Program-made: the position numbers and the translations under genes
Part shown: piece by piece, positions 38,341 to 53,250 of the stretch
Numbering within the stretch: position 1 is the first letter of the stretch
Layout of the letters: every line of letters starts with the position of its first letter
Notes under the pieces: generated by a model
The model's input: the letters and a program-made list of their open reading frames with translations, nothing else
What the model was told of the DNA's origin: nothing
The model's database searches: none
Source: Oopsacas minuta
Lineage: Eukaryota; Animalia; Porifera
Direction of reading: 5' to 3'
DNA length: 64,000 nt
Assembly: GCA_024704765.1 (NCBI GenBank)
Contig: JAKMXF010000055.1
Coordinates: forward strand, 654,769 to 718,768

Positions 38341-40208
38341 CAGTGGTACCTGTCTTGTACGACCACCTGGCGTTGACAAATGTAGTCATTAAAGACAGGT
38401 GATCGTTGATCACAAGTTTGCTATAGCCGAATGTTTTAACTATACTTTATCTATCTATCTATTCAATATGTACACAAATGTAATACTACATGTTGCAAGT
38501 CAATATATTGGAAATATTTTCATTTTATCTACTAATAATAATTATGTTTGTTTTGTTTGTAGAACCAACTATCCAGCGTACTTTGCTTAAAGTTGCGTAT
38601 TTTGAATTCTCCACCAAATCTTCAGTCTTGATCATTTTTTCAAGGAGACTTCCTCATTATTAGAAAGAGAACACTTCTCAATTTTCCAATCATGACACCT
38701 GCTTCTGTCATGGAAATTACTTTATCTGACCTTTCATTCTGACCTTCGCCACAATCTTTATTTTCATCATTATATCTTTCTGAGTTATTTAAATCCACCC
38801 CTTTGCTTTTGCTGCAATCTCCGTTCCCAGTCATCTCTAGAGGAAGCAAAGGTAGCCAAGAAATTATCAAATGTAGCAAATTGAGATAGCGTTATGCCCT
38901 CTAGAATAAACTCGGTTTCTGTCATAATATCTTCAAAAGGTGAAGCCAAAATATGAGATTCTGAAGCCTCAAATGCCTTTGGAAACCACACTTTCTGGAG
39001 CATTTCTGAATAGTGCTGCTTGGTAAGCTACACAATGCATCTTTAATCGATAAAATGGGATCCAAGATATTAACTAGCTTAACCAATTCAGAAGCTGTGT
39101 TACATGCATCCATTCTGCTAATCAAGTGCCTTAGCAATCACTTCCTGTAGTTGATTTTCATAGATTGAATTAACCCAGCATCCATTGGCTGCAGCTTCGA
39201 AGTTGTATTGGGTGGCAGAAAAACCAATCTGAAATTGCTTGCCTCAACATCGGGATGTGAACTAAAGTTATCAACAATCATTAGAACATTCCTAATTTCA
39301 AATCTGAATCTCTGGTCTGTTCTTTTCACACAGTCTACAAATATCTTAGATGTTACCCACGCCTTTTTATTTGCATCATAGTGGACCCCCAACATATCTT
39401 TATGAATACCTTTGAAGCACCTTGGATCAAGTGATTTTCCTATTACAAGGGCTTTTAACTTTCTCCTACTGCACTAGCACAAAAAGTAAAGTCAAATGGT
39501 CTTTTGCCTTTTTCCACCTTTACAAGCACCAACTTTCTCAACCATTGATCAATTGGGGAAGCTCCTGAAGAACATGCTAGTTTCATCTCCGTTGAATATG
39601 TTATTAAGTGAGTATCCCTCACATATTGAAGGGAGTCTTGCAGACTAATCAGATATAATATCGTCATTTTCAGCTGCAGCTTCGCCACTCAATACACAGC
39701 TTTTCACACTACAACATTTTACCATGCTTCCAGCCACATACTCCTTGTTTCCATGTTTCAATGATCTTCTCCTTATCTAAAAAATGCTCTGGATCTGTGT
39801 CTTTTCAACACAAAAACTCTCTGCTAGACTCTTTGCTGTTTCCATTCCTTTCTCTGATCTCTCGATAACCGTATACGTTCTTCTAATGACAGAATTTTCC
39901 TTTTTCAACTCGCCATTTATATGTGCTAGTAGATGAATTTAAATAAATAGAAAGGTTGTCATAATGATCATCTAAATATTGATTCATTACTGACGAAATA
40001 TTGCATAAGTAATTGTTTTACAGATTTATGGTCGTTGATTACACGTAAATTTAACCTGAAACCGCAAAAGTCGTCGTCATTGGTCGCGTTCTACAAATAG
40101 TCGCTCATCACAGGTCGAAATGTATCGTAATCAATCAGTGTCAGAGAAATCAGTCGTGAAAAGCAGGAAGTCGCTCATGAAAGGGGTCGTACAATACAGG
40201 TAGCACTG
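38341..40208 (-). mobile_element. pogo/Tigger-like transposon 2 (DD29D), decayed
   Basis: 24-bp TIRs with 2 mismatches (CAGTGGTACCTGTCTTGTACGACC / CAGTGCTACCTGTATTGTACGACC), RGTCGT subterminal repeats. Motifs NKKAWVTS, IVDNFSSH..LPPNTTSKLQPMDAG. The TA TSD is degenerate on both sides. Confidence 0.88.
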
Positions 40209-40363
40209 TGCTATATATATTTCAGTTGTTTTGTTTGCAGAAGTCTCAGGGACTCATCCTTCCGAAGTTAATGGGACAGCATTTACTCTAGGTATGATTG
40301 GGATCCAGGATCATTTTTATATTCCCCTATCCTTTTGTGTATTAGCATACCTATGCGTTATAA

Positions 40364-42704
40364 CAGAGGTCCCCAACCCAAAGACCGCGGGTCAAATCCG
40401 GCCCGCGTTCCCAAAAGTTCTGGCCCGCCAAACCCTAGCTCCACTTTGCCTACTTTTATGATTCCCTACTACTAACAAATTAGTGTCACTTTGCCAACTC
40501 AATGAAGCGTATTAATTAACATATTCTTTGATTACTGCAACAGTGAATATACAATTTTGGCTCGCCTATATGAATTCTCTAATACTATTCATAATTTTGT
40601 AATCAATTGTTTACTGTCTTGTTTGTTCAACGAATGCCTACATATATGCGTATATTATCTATTCCTGTAAGTCTAGTATTAGAACATATACGTATCTAGA
40701 CAAGTCTGGTCCGAATTTAAGTTTGATCCATGAAGTAAACTATGCTCCCAGTTAACAAAAGGAAGGTAGGTTATGAAATGAGGACTTTCAAGGAGTGTTG
40801 GACAGAAAAATATTTCATTATTTGCCACAATGGGCAGCTTCTCTGTCTTATCTGCCAAGATATGATTGCAGTCAAGAAAGAATTCAACATAAAGAGACAC
40901 TATGAGGCCAAACACTCAAAGTATTCAGAGTACACTAGTTTGATCCGAAGCGATAAAATAGAAGCTTTGAAGAAAAATATCTCCAAGCAGCAAATGACTT
41001 TTACAAAAATAAACGAAAACGCAGAGAAGGCCACCAAGGTGAGTTTAGCAATCAGCCACCAATAGCAAAAATACGAAAACCTTTTCAGATGGCCAATTTG
41101 TCAAGGAATGCATTATGACAGCTGTTGATTTCCTTTGTCCTGAAGAGAAAATGTTTTCGCCAATGTAAGTCTTTCATCATTAACTGTGACTCGTAGAATG
41201 GAAGATATTGCAGAAAATCTCAAGTTGTCATTGAAAGATGTTGCTGGACAGTTTCAATACTACTCTATAGCTCTCGATGAAACCAATGATTTATGTCACA
41301 CAGCACAACTTGCGTGTTTGTGCATGGGGTTACACCTGACTTTCGTACTTTTGAAGAATTTGTGCAACTGCTGCGTATGAAAGGTAGAACTACAGGTGTT
41401 GATATATTTAATGTTGTTAAAGATGTACTCGAGGAGTTTAACCTAAATCTTGATAATATTTTTGATGTTACAACTGATGGTGCTCCTGCAACGGTTGGTA
41501 AAGAAAATGGTATTGCAGCACTGCTTGAGAAATATTGCAAAGTAAATGGAAATCAACGAGATCTCATTAAAATACATCGCTTAATACATAAGGAGGCCTT
41601 GTGCGCCGAATCTATAAAATTGAAAAATGTGTCATGGAAACAGTTGTGAAGTCTGTGAACTCGTAAAATGTCGAGGTCTCATCACCGTCAGTTCCAAGAG
41701 TTGCTCAAAGAAATGAAATCAGAATATGGCAACTTATTGTACTATTGTGAGGTACGTTGGCTGAGTAGAGGCGCTATGTTAAAACAAGTGGATTATTAGA
41801 AAGAAGAGCTTGACACCTTAATGAGGAGCAAGGGGATGGTAATTCCTCAGTACACTGATTCTTCATGGCTATCAGAATTTGCATTTTTGGTAGACATTAT
41901 TGGCCATCTGAATTCAATCAATTTGCATTTGCACGGTAAAAGAGAGCTAATAAAGCACTATTCGAGTACATATGTTCCTTTGAAATAAAACTTCTGCTTT
42001 GGGAAAATCAGTCCCAAGAAAAGAATTTTGTACATTATCCAACTTTAAAAGCAAACAACCCAGATGACACAGGCACCTACGTAAACTTTATTTCTGACTT
42101 AAGAGCTCAGTTTTCTGCCAGATTTGTGGATGTACAGAAGTACAAGTCTGATTTCAGGTTACTTGCAGCAACTTTTGATGTTTCTGTTGATGAAAGTGCT
42201 GAACTAGTACAAATGGAATTGGTAGATCTTCAGTGTAATGATCTTTTGAAGTCTAAATTTCGTGATTGTGAGGATGATATTATTACATTTTATAAGAAGT
42301 ATCTTACAGAACAACAATATCAGAACTTCGGAAACAGGCTAAGAAATTCTGCTGCGTATTTGGCAGTACTTTCACATGCGATTAACTATTCCCAAAAATG
42401 AAGTTTACCAAAAGTACTACACGTACGAGAATCACAGCTGGCCATTTAAATGATGTTTTAAGAATCACAACAACCGTTAGCATACCAAATTTTGAAACAT
42501 TATCAAAACAAAGAAAATTATATCAAGTTTCTCATTAACATGTTAGTAAAGTGTAATATTAGTTCAATGTTAGTTACTAAGAAATGTGTGAAGTAGTCTT
42601 AATTGCTTACTCTTAGGACATAGGGTATAAAAGAGAAGTTTGACCCGCCTGACTCACATATCACTAAGAACTGGCACTTGGTTCTAAAAGGTTCGGGACA
42701 GCTG
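40364..42704 (+). mobile_element. Buster-subfamily hAT (SPIN/Charlie/GTF2IRD2-like transposase), frameshifted
   Basis: TSD CGTTATAA / CGCTATAA (7/8, central TA). TIRs CAGAGGTCCCCAACC / CAGCTGTCCCGAACC, GGCCCGC subterminal motifs. Motifs: BED-like CLICQD..IKRHY, SIALDET, TTDGAP, IHKEALC, VRWLSRG. Confidence 0.92.
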
Positions 42705-44329
42705 CGCTATAAGATCTATCGGTCAGTGGCGTAGCCATGCCCGAGCGTCAGGCTGTTCTCCTGGCTCAGCATACCAATGTTAAATTAGTTCCTGTAATCC
42801 ATTCATAACAATAATAACATGAGCAGAAACATACCGTATTCTACATATTGAATAGTCAGATATCCCATTGTATCACATGTGGTATTCATCTTCTAGGAAT
42901 CTTTACACTAATCTCATGACCAGCACCCGTTTTCTTAATTTGTATTGGAATTATAACAACCTAATAATTACCAACTTGTATAAACATATCTGTCAAATTT
43001 TTGTTCAATCTAGTTAAGCAAAAATTGGATATTATATCAAAAATTCAAATTCAGAATCAATAGACATAGTTAGCCGTTTATATCAGTAGAGAGCAAGTTT
43101 TTAGTTAAAGTAGAAAATTCAATAGCCTGTTTGCGGAACATTAAAGTCACATATTTGCATGCTAAAGCTCTGGGTACTCCACTGACGTTTATATGACATA
43201 TTGGATATCTTGAAATCAGTTGAATACGGCATATCATAGTATCCTTGGTTGACAACGGACAGCAGACACACAAACAAATATTAGCTCAGTAGCTGAGGAA
43301 ATGCTGGTTCCAATATAATTTCTTGTACCAGAGATGCATTACCAGTCATCATAAGCCAAGGATCAGACACTGCTTTCGGAAATAGAGCATTTGTGTCTTC
43401 TTGGATAGTATGGCTTTTTCACTATTTTCATATATCAAGGTTTCAATAATGGTACCAGTCTTGAGATCAGAAAAAAGTAGGAACAGCGGTCATTGCTGGA
43501 AAACTGGAATACCGCCCCTATCGAAGAATAGTTATATATCTGATGATGTAAGGTATTGCTAAGTGATTTTACTGTTCTTCATCTGATAGATTGAATAAAA
43601 TTATCTGAAATCACTTCTTTGTGGGAGGCAAGCAAAATATTATCTTTAAGCGTCATAAGGGGGAATGTGAATAGATGACACATAATTTATTCGGGCAAAA
43701 AGGAATAATCAGTGCTAGTATAAATTTTACCTGTAAGCAGAAAAACTAATTATTCCTCCGATAGGGCTCTAAATCGAATAGTTGAACAATGTCGTTTCTA
43801 ATTCAATAGTCCCAGTTTCTAATAAACATAAACCGGAGCAAAGTATTTCAACAACACTAAAGCTACTATGGCAATAAGGAATAAGTTGAAAATAATTCCA
43901 AATAGCAACATTGTTCCACCTCTAATCACTGTATAAAGAACATAAATTGTAAACATTCCAGAATTTCATAAAGTTGGGAGAATTGAAACTAAAGTGAAAG
44001 CTGACCGAAAAATCAAAGAAATACAAGGTTGCATTAAAATACCTTATTAGAATCAATATGAGCCTTTTTTGCGAAAACACTGCCATATTTCTTTGAGAAT
44101 AAATTCAACCTTTGAGCTAAAGAGAAAATGTAAAATATGTAAAATAACAAAAGAGGAATCATGGACACTAATATATTAAGAGATAATAGATAAAGTAAAC
44201 TATATATGTATTAATTTTAGAAATTAAAGAATAATAATAAGTTCAAAATATCAAAGCCACAATAAACAACATAAACTATGAAAAAACACAAAAATGAATA
44301 TAAACACATATATAAACGGATAAGTAGAA

Positions 44330-45650
44330 CCATTATTATTGGGGAAGTTCGATTTCGCAGGTTTTTAATACAGACTTTGGACACCCTGAAAAATTCAACC
44401 TCCATCATAATTTCCCAAGCCCTCAGATAAAATTCTTTCTAAAACTCTGGACCGCGACTCTCGTGATAACCTCCCATTCCAAATTAGAATTTCAATCAAA
44501 TCATATTAAAACTTCCACAAGTCACTCTTGTGATGAAGATTTTCCTACTCTTAAAGAATTTCGTTTATGGATCTCGAATTTTGTGAAACCACATCCAATC
44601 ATCAATTTCCTCGGATCACTATATGACAGCAATCTTTCGACTGCATCTGTTACGTTATCCTGGAATGAACATTTGAGAGTAAATTAGTCTCTAAAAATGA
44701 CATATAATTGCTAAAATAGTGAATGCATTCGTCTTATTCAAGCTTAGACGACAACCATTGGCCATAAGCTCAGTGATGTAGGATTCACGAACTTCTGACC
44801 AATGGTTGTGCAAGCTGGTAGATATTTCCGATGGTCATATCAATGTTAAAATCTTCAGAAATCTATATGATTCCAAAATGTCAGCAACATTAAGTGGAGT
44901 TGGTTGAGTCAATTGTCAATTGTCTATTGCTAGTCACAAACAACTGAAAGGCTTGGATCTCAAAAACCATGGCTTCCCATAGATCGCTGTTTTAACAGCG
45001 CTAGCATGATATTCAATGAGTCAATTTCGAATACTTCATAAATAATAGTACTCTTTTAGATATCTAATAAGGAACTCCTTGTTGCTTTACCATTGCAGAG
45101 TTTGTTTTGTGCAATGAGGTGGCTAATGCTTGTATTTCATTGAAATATGGTCAATTGGTAAGGTCACAAATTGTGAATTAAGAGAAACATCAGCTGATAC
45201 TTTGCATTTGATTTTGGTACATTTTGGAATATATGCTCAGAGTAAAACACTTTGTGAATATTCTAAGGTGATGTTAATTTGATTGTAGACTTTACGACTC
45301 ACTGATCCATCAAGGCCACCTGCGACGTCGATTGTTAAGGGATATATTATATACTGAAATCAATCAATTGGTCAAATGGACTCAAATAATCTTTCCGTAG
45401 TAACTGAAACCATTATGCTATACTTAATAGTTACATCAACTGGATAATCAGTATTTCCCACAATCTTTAGTTCACTTGATGCAACAAGTGATGAAGATAT
45501 GCTGAAATCTTCTTAAGTTGGGTTAATAAATAATTGCTTACAGGAAAGACGCAACTCTATGTATTTCCGCCCTACAATCTCAAGCATATCAATCAAGGCT
45601 GCTGTAATATGAGAATTTATGGTGAATTTAGATGGAACATAGTTTAAGTT
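44330..45650 (-). pseudogene. Possible decayed protein-coding sequence of unknown type
   Basis: Long minus-strand frames with only sparse stops and protein-like composition (e.g. YPLTIDVAGGLDGSVSRKVYNQINITLEY; LVEVLI..WEVITRVA). No family recognised with confidence. Confidence 0.25.
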
Positions 45651-46739
45651 GAAAATATATCTTTACACATGTCAGAAGTCTTGCTAACATAATTTTTATT
45701 ATGAATCAGTTTTAGAGACATCAATGATATTTCCTTGTGATCTAGCAACAAAACAAATGTGCTCTACGATGTGAGCAACTTATTTTGTCAATGATTCCAT
45801 AGTTATGGCAAGAACATGCTTCCTGAAGATATTTGAGTTTGTTGAATGAAAACGGTTTCCATAGCTCTAGGAGTTGATGGACAAGAACTGAGAAAATCAC
45901 CTTTTCTTGAATGAAATAATGGGTAAATTGTCCAGTCATCAAGGTTACCTTGCTTCAAAAGCTATAGGTTCAGAAATCAATTTTTAAGAATAGGTATCGA
46001 ATATGCTGAAATTCTGCATGATGAAAGATTTCCAAGAAGTACTTTGTTGGAACATTTGCATTGTAATTTTGACATTATTGGAGGTCATTCTCAATAGTAT
46101 TGTTTGACGTAATTATGAAAATGAATTATTCTTATGGCTTATTACAGTCGTCTGATTCCAGGAAGTATACGATCATTAACTCATCAATCATTCCGGAAGA
46201 ATCAGCTTGAATTAATAAAATTAGTCTAATCGATATGATATATTCCTTAGCATATCCTAAGTTACAACCTTATAAAAACATAAATCTAATTATTTCTCTA
46301 CATAGTATACATAACCATTATTATGTTGTATAATAGGTTTTATATTCCATATTATATGTTTAGATTAACCGATGTAGAAACTTTTCTTTTTCATAGGAAT
46401 ATTAGTATCATATAGTAAAGATAGGTTTCTATTCAAGTTACTTTAATCATGAATACATTACAACCTTGAATTAATATTGATCATCTCCTAACTCTTCTTT
46501 ATACCATGGATAACCACAATAAAGTAGATTATTTAATTGCAACTATTCACATTTATCATTTGCATTATGAAATGGTTATTATTATGACCCATTTTAACAA
46601 CCACAATAATTAAAACAATGAAAATTTGACATTAAAGTACATAAAATGTATAAATTGAACAAGTTTTAATATACATTGATGCCAAATTAACGATCAAGAC
46701 TGCTCAGTAAGATATATCAATATCCTACTTTCCGATATA

Positions 46740-48024
46740 CAGGGTGACAAATAAGTTCTGTCCCATTGAAAATTTATTATAACTAAACCATGAACTAAGA
46801 TATTGACTTGAATTAAGCTATAACATAGCAAACTAAGTATAGATTCATAATATTTTCAATTGTTCGATATAGCTCCCTTTCTTATTGATGATAGTTCTTA
46901 GCCACTTGGGGACGGACTCGACAGCGGCACGCAACTGTTCCTGCGGGATTTTTCCCATTCTCGGGAGAAAGACGTTTTTAGAGAATTGACACTCTTGTGG
47001 GAAGTAGAGGACGTATTTGTGCCCAATATCGATCACAACGAGAAGTCCATTGGGTTGAGATCTGGGCTGGAAGGAGGCCATTCCTCCTTGGAGATGAAGT
47101 CTGGGATAGTGTCTCGTAACCACTGTAGGTTGACTTTCGCTGTGAGAGCAGGCGCACCGTCTTGCTGGAATAAAATGAACGATTATTGAAGATGGTCTTA
47201 CCAGGCCTCTCACTATTGGGTCTAAAACGAGCTCCTGATACTTAACAGCATTTATTTTTACGCCCGGTGGGATGATAACCTGTGGGGTAGGCCTTTTGCG
47301 GACTCCCCCGCCCAAACCACCACTGACTGAGGATGCTGAACTCTTTGGACGCATCGATACCCTTGTGGTATGGAAGATGGAGAAGAGGACAGTACTCGAT
47401 CGTTTTGACGATTGTACGCCTGGACAGTGAATAATTTCTCATCCGAGAATAAAATTTCATCAAGGCCAAAACTTGCGAGCCGGGCGAGTAAGGCCTTGCT
47501 TCTGGCTAGCTCTTTTCTATAATCTGTGCCGAAATAAAGTGGACCTTCCTCTTTTTGTAAGGAAATAGGCCCATATCGCTCTCCACAATTGTTCGGCCCG
47601 ATTCTCTGGATATTCGGAGTTCTGGCGCCATTTTTCGCAGCGTTGAGTCCGACTACCGATAACCTTTCTCTTCTGGGTAGTGGTCGCAGATGTTGGACGA
47701 CCACTTCTATGCCTGTCTGAGGTACTACCAGTGTCCTTATATCTTTTAATAGTACGATATATCAATTTCTTGCGCGACTTGGGGAAATTGAAATCTTCAA
47801 TATTTTGCTTTGGCTTTTCCCTTACAATATAATTTAACAATAACCACCCTATTCTTCTCCATTTAGCCTAGAATCTTTTAGCTTGTTCAGAATGTACAGA
47901 TTACATTTGAATACTTGAAATATATACATTTTTACTTATCTAACACTATAACTGTTCAATCTGGTTCTTTAATAAGGAACTACACTACAGCAAACATATG
48001 GGACAGAACTTATTTGTCACCCTG
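46740..48024 (-). mobile_element. maT-family (DD37D) transposon, 1285 bp, frameshifted transposase
   Basis: Perfect 27-bp TIRs CAGGGTGACAAATAAGTTCTGTCCCAT, TA flanks. Motifs RSGRP, LFSDEKLFTV..NRQNDRV, FQQDGAPA..WPPSSPDLNPMD with 37 residues between the two Ds. Confidence 0.93.
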
Positions 48025-49772
48025 TATATATTTACATCCACGACAATGGCGGGATCTTTACAATTGTTGGATAATTAAAGCAAAGAGAAAGCACGTATTG
48101 CCTGGGATTGAGTATTTTCCAACAAAATTCTTGTGAATATGTTTATTAATTGATTAAGTCGTACTAAAACTGAATCAATGCTATCCGTCTAACTATTTAA
48201 GGGTGCTCGATTAATGTACATCGAAGAATAGTACACTTAATGTTAAAAATCAATAGAAATATTAACTTCGTTAGATTCGATGGTGGTTTACCAAAGTTTA
48301 TTACTTCACAAATTTCATACATAGTTAAAATGAGATAATGTTGGGAAAGTAGGGCCTAGGGATCTTCAATTCAGCGATTATAAAAATGAAAAATGACAAT
48401 GATAAATTTAACTGATATGTTAGTATTGTGAATGTTCAGATAAAATATAAATTATTGCTTAATATATCTCATTAATATTTTGAACAATGTTATGATCGAT
48501 TAAGGTAAAATTGAGGATTATAATATGAGAAATTTAAGTCATTATCCACATGATAAGTTGAAATCCTTTTGTTTAGAACTAGTATTTTGTATTTAAGCAT
48601 GCATAATTTATCCAAAAACACAGAAATATGCTACAAGTGTATCAAGGGTTCTTAATTGTATACCCAACTCAAAAACATAAAAGTTAGGCCCATAATAAAA
48701 GCAATTCAAAATGGATACAGGATCAAAATTAATATGTGAGTCACCGTGGGGGCCAAAATAATTCGATTCTATAATGAATAAGCTTTCACATATAATTAGT
48801 AGCTTTACACACAATCTAAATCATCGTATTTCGGAAACAAAGTTCGGATAGATGGAGTGATAAATAATTAGGAAAATGAGCTCCACAGTCAAACGGCTAG
48901 TACAAGCACTTTGTCCTGTCTTCCAATTAATGAAGAGAATAAATTGATTGAAATGAATAGTCCAAACACACATATTGAGACGACATAACATAAATCTCAT
49001 ATCATTTAGTAGGAATATTTAAGAGCACTATAATGCAAATAGTCGTAAAACAATCAAAATATTTGATGACTTCATTAAATTTAGCACATTAAGGCCATAC
49101 TACCCCTGTATGCCAAAAGTCAGCTCTAAGAGTATTTCAGATTCTTAAATCAATTCTTGGTATACAAAGATATATACACACACATATACATAGGTGTAAG
49201 GTTACCTATTCTGGGGGACACTCATGTTTGTTGAAAATTGTAAGGTTTTCCGCCTATGGTGCTAATACTTCATCTCCTCATTTATGGATTCTATAAATGG
49301 TACCAAATGCATAGAAAAGTTCATGTTCAACTCTTCCATAATACGATTGATAAAACTATGTACCACGTCAAAAATAGCTGGGTTATCATTTATTAATAAT
49401 ACAAAGCTCCTCCAAGAGGTAAGTTTGGATTAGTAACAAACACCAAAATTTACATATAATCAGACCTATGTGCTTGCATAATATGTGTTCATCCATAACA
49501 ACAGTAAAATGACCAAATTAAAGGGGAAATAACAATTCACTCCATACAGTTGTAATCTTTTAGCAGCCATAGGGGCCGATAACTCTAGGTTTTGGATATT
49601 ATTCGAGTTAATACGTTATATGTAATAATATCAGGTAAAAGTGGCAATTACTTCAATACATTGTCACAATATTTGCTTATATACGGGATCGAAAAAGGAT
49701 TGAAAACCATATTACTTGTTTGCTGAGAAGTGAAGGTGATACGAATTAATGATACCTGCCTATTTTTTCAAG

Positions 49773-49896
49773 CAATTCCTGTCAATAATAAATGTTTAGA
49801 AATCATTGTAGCAATGAATCTGCAACCACGTTCAAACTCAGTGATTAACTTCTTAGCGAATACAGCGGCAGTAGATGAATTTGTGGATGACATTCT
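49773..49896 (+). CDS. Candidate isolated exon of unknown gene
   Basis: Acceptor ttttttcaag and donor gtaagt flank an open frame IPVNNKCLEIIVAMNLQPRSNSVINFLANTAAVDEFVDDI. No partner exons established. Confidence 0.25.
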
Positions 49897-50963
49897 GTAA
49901 GTATGAATAAATTTGGTCAAACTACATTGATCAACAAAAATTAATTGCGATATAACTTCACAATTTCTGTTTACAATTAAGTATGGATGAAATATAATGA
50001 AATTTACCAGAGATGACATGCCAAACTACGCTAATAAAACCTTCGCGATCTGAGACATGATATTCTAACACATAGGTGAAACCATTTTGGATATGTACCC
50101 AACAGTAGGGGGTAGTTACCTAAAGTCATGTTGAAGCTTCACAAATGCCATATTGAAAAAAATAAGTATTCTAATGGTTCATGGAATTTCCCATACTATT
50201 AACGGAAATTCAAACAATCGGGACTAGGAAAGGGACTACGTGTACTGGAGTAAAATTTACAACATTTTCAAACTAAACAGATATAAAATAGTGATATTTT
50301 CAAAGTGGCTAGCAATGCAGTAATTCTCAAACGCTGGTCACGGATCACTTATGTGCCAACAAAATGTAACTGAAATATAGGTAATGCTTCCAATGGGTCA
50401 AGTCTCTGGCTTTCTATATATGAAAGTAGTAAAACACAACCTATATAATTATAGCTATAGCCTAAAAAAGATAAGATTTGAGAACTGAGTTAATTTTTAC
50501 TATACCAGGGATAAAAGTAATTGAACATATTTGGGTTGGAATTTCTATAATCGTAGATGACATGAAATAGGTACATTTTAACCAGAATAAATGGACTTTT
50601 AATATGCAATAATTCACAAAAGTCCTATTTGTGAAGGTTACTGATCGTAATGACGTGATGTACTAGCGTAATTGGGAAATATGTAATACAAAATGTTCAA
50701 TCTCAGAGACCATGTACAGCGGTAATTGTTACTCAATTATAATCAGTGTTAAAAATACAAATAACACAAGTCAACAAAATTTAACTTCATTTTCTCATCA
50801 AGTATTAGATTGGCATTTTCTAAGCTAGTTATTTAAGCTGAATTCAAATCTGCTTTCAGATTCTTTCCAGCACATCCAGTTTCTTTTCCATCTACAAGTC
50901 AACGATTTTTATGTATTCCCTAAATTTTTCCTGTTATTTTATGGTAGTGGCTGTCTTTTTGTC

Positions 50964-51078
50964 NNNNNNNNNNNNNNNNNNNNNNNNNNNNNNNNNNNNN
51001 NNNNNNNNNNNNNNNNNNNNNNNNNNNNNNNNNNNNNNNNNNNNNNNNNNNNNNNNNNNNNNNNNNNNNNNNNNNNNN
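50964..51078. other. Assembly gap (115 N)
   Basis: Run of N. Confidence 0.99.
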
Positions 51079-51183
51079 TCCTAATAGTATGTAGTAATTA
51101 TATATAGAGAATCAATAATGTAGGTCATGCTGAATAAATATTATAGACAAAATGGTTTGTATCAGAACTTTGGAGCCACCCTG
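51079..51183. mobile_element. Tc1/mariner-type terminus emerging from the gap
   Basis: Ends AACTTTGGAGCCACCCTG|TA (reverse complement CAGGGTGGCTCC), the same CAGGGTG end class as the DD37 elements in this window. Confidence 0.5.
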
Positions 51184-51229
51184 TATAGTCCGTAGAATGG
51201 AAATTCAACTGATGATATTCCGGTTGAAA

Positions 51230-51294
51230 TGTACTCCGGATAACGAGCACAAACCTCGACGCTCACTTGGTGTACGTATAACGAGGTTCCAATG
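51230..51294. mobile_element. Tigger-type terminus relic
   Basis: Ends CGTATAACGAGGTTCCAATG|TA with internal CCGGATAACGAG, resembling CAGTGGAACCTCG-type ends. Confidence 0.45.
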
Positions 51295-52589
51295 TAGTTT
51301 CATATTAATGGCAGTTAAGGAATTTCCATAAAAATATATCCACTTCCTTTTATCCCTGGTGAAAAGTAGTGATAAGGCTCATTCATTAGTAGTCTATGCT
51401 GTAGCCTGTTCACTGACAAATTTTACTGTACAATCATATATTTTCGATATTATCTAATTAATACCCTTTTGCTCGAATAAATGTAGTAATGATCGTTAAT
51501 GATCAGAAATGAAAGCTTTTGGTATGAATAAGTTGTATACTGTACTGAGCGATATTTGATACAATGGGTGGACATTTCGGACTACCTCCAATTATAATCT
51601 AATTGTTCCTAAGTTTTAGTCAAACAATTCCAGCCAATAAGTAACAAAATTCGAATACCTTTATAACACATTCAGATACGAAATCGCTAAACGATGTGAC
51701 GTAATAGTGAATATACCCATATCGTATCAATTTCACCTGATAATGAGAAATAGTTTCAAAAAGTATTACAAGGTTATGAGAAGTTGGGTACGTAGTCAAA
51801 ACTTTGGCGACTATAGTATTATAAGTGGATATTTGCAAACAATGCGCCATTCAGTGCATCAAATATATCTAAAATGGTAGCAACTGTACAATTACAAACA
51901 TTGTATATTTTATGTATAAAAATGTTTAGAACACTTGAGATAAATTCAGAAAATGAAGATGCACGAGTAAGCATTTATTCGTGCACAAATGGGAGATATT
52001 CAATAACATATTGCCTATTAAAGGAAACAGATGAAGTCATCTAGAACTGGGAGTAGATGGATAACCCAAGGCCTCTAGCCAAATTATCTAGAAAGTAATC
52101 AGACTCATATTTTAAGGAATTCATTCGATATACTCATGTATATTACAATAAAGCCATTGGCATTAAACTTGGGGAATGTATAAACATTTGAACCTAATCT
52201 AAACAATGGCAAAATATAATTTTCACATTTCAGACTGTATGATGTGTCTCCATAACTTAAGAGTATTTGAGAGAAGTTGTCAGTTGTGATTTTCCTAATA
52301 TATCAAATTCAAATTTCCATGAGAATGGGTAAAAAAAGAGGGACGAGCTCATAACACTTTGGAATGCTGAGTTAAATACACCTAAACATATTAGTAGTGC
52401 ATTGGTCATATCATTAGCAACCCTATATCCTGTAATTCGAAGAAAATTCTAATTTTGTCTCTAGCCTACAATTAAGACGCTGGCGGATCTTCTATATAAA
52501 TTCATTCAATTAATAAATAAGTAAGAAACTAATACTGATGATTCAAAGATATCTAACAGTGAAATTGCTTCTAAGTAACCATATAAAGA

Positions 52590-53250
52590 AAGTAAACCGC
52601 TTTACAAGATGTCTTAAGAAGATGGAATATTCAAAGCTCTCGCAATTAAAGTTTCCAACCTATCAGAAACCAATCTGGTGAAACGCTTGGGCTGGGAAGA
52701 ATGAATGTTGGGAGGTCGTGGAATAGTACTGAGCTGTGCTTTGCTCGTGAAGCCTCATTTTGACTGTAGAGATGTGGACAAAAAGGAAAAATTTTGAATT
52801 GCCTCTAAATTGAAGCATAGTATCAAAGTCAATATCTGGGATGGCATTTCATCAAAGGGATTTTTCCCTCTGCATATTTGATCACAATATAGAGGTTAGG
52901 TATTTTATAAAGATCTCATAGGTCCACTTGATAGATCGAGCCCATGTTTCGAGAACGATTATGTTCTAATACAGAAATGAGCCTTACACACTTTCAAGAA
53001 GGTAGACTGAAAGTTGGGGCTCATATATATTCAGTTGGATCAGCAAAAGCCTTATATACATCAAAAGGAATATCTATTCGGATGGAAAAGCATATTCTGA
53101 ATAGAAATCTAACAAGAACGAAATTAGGACTGAAAACAAGGTTTTGTCATTAATGGGATTCTATAATCCCAGACTACTCGAACAGTACTAGTCACCAATG
53201 CCAAATATGCCAACAATTGTTAGATAATAAGGGGACCAAGAAAATTATTG
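52590..53250 (+). pseudogene. Old Tc1-like transposase relic
   Basis: Fragments CLKKMEYSK, LVKRLGW, EASF, KHSIKVNIWDGISSKGFFPLHI, ENDYVLIQ. The order matches the Tc1 at 56629-57965. Ends not found. Confidence 0.65.

Noticed and set aside
11069-42704. Domesticated GTF2IRD2/ZBED-like host genes
   Set aside because: Both are bounded by TIRs and 8-bp TSDs and carry frameshifts, stops or deletions, so they are transposon copies.
43270-44840. tRNA or tRNA-derived SINE from AGCTCAGT A-box-like words
   Set aside because: No B box at a suitable distance and no cloverleaf could be formed.
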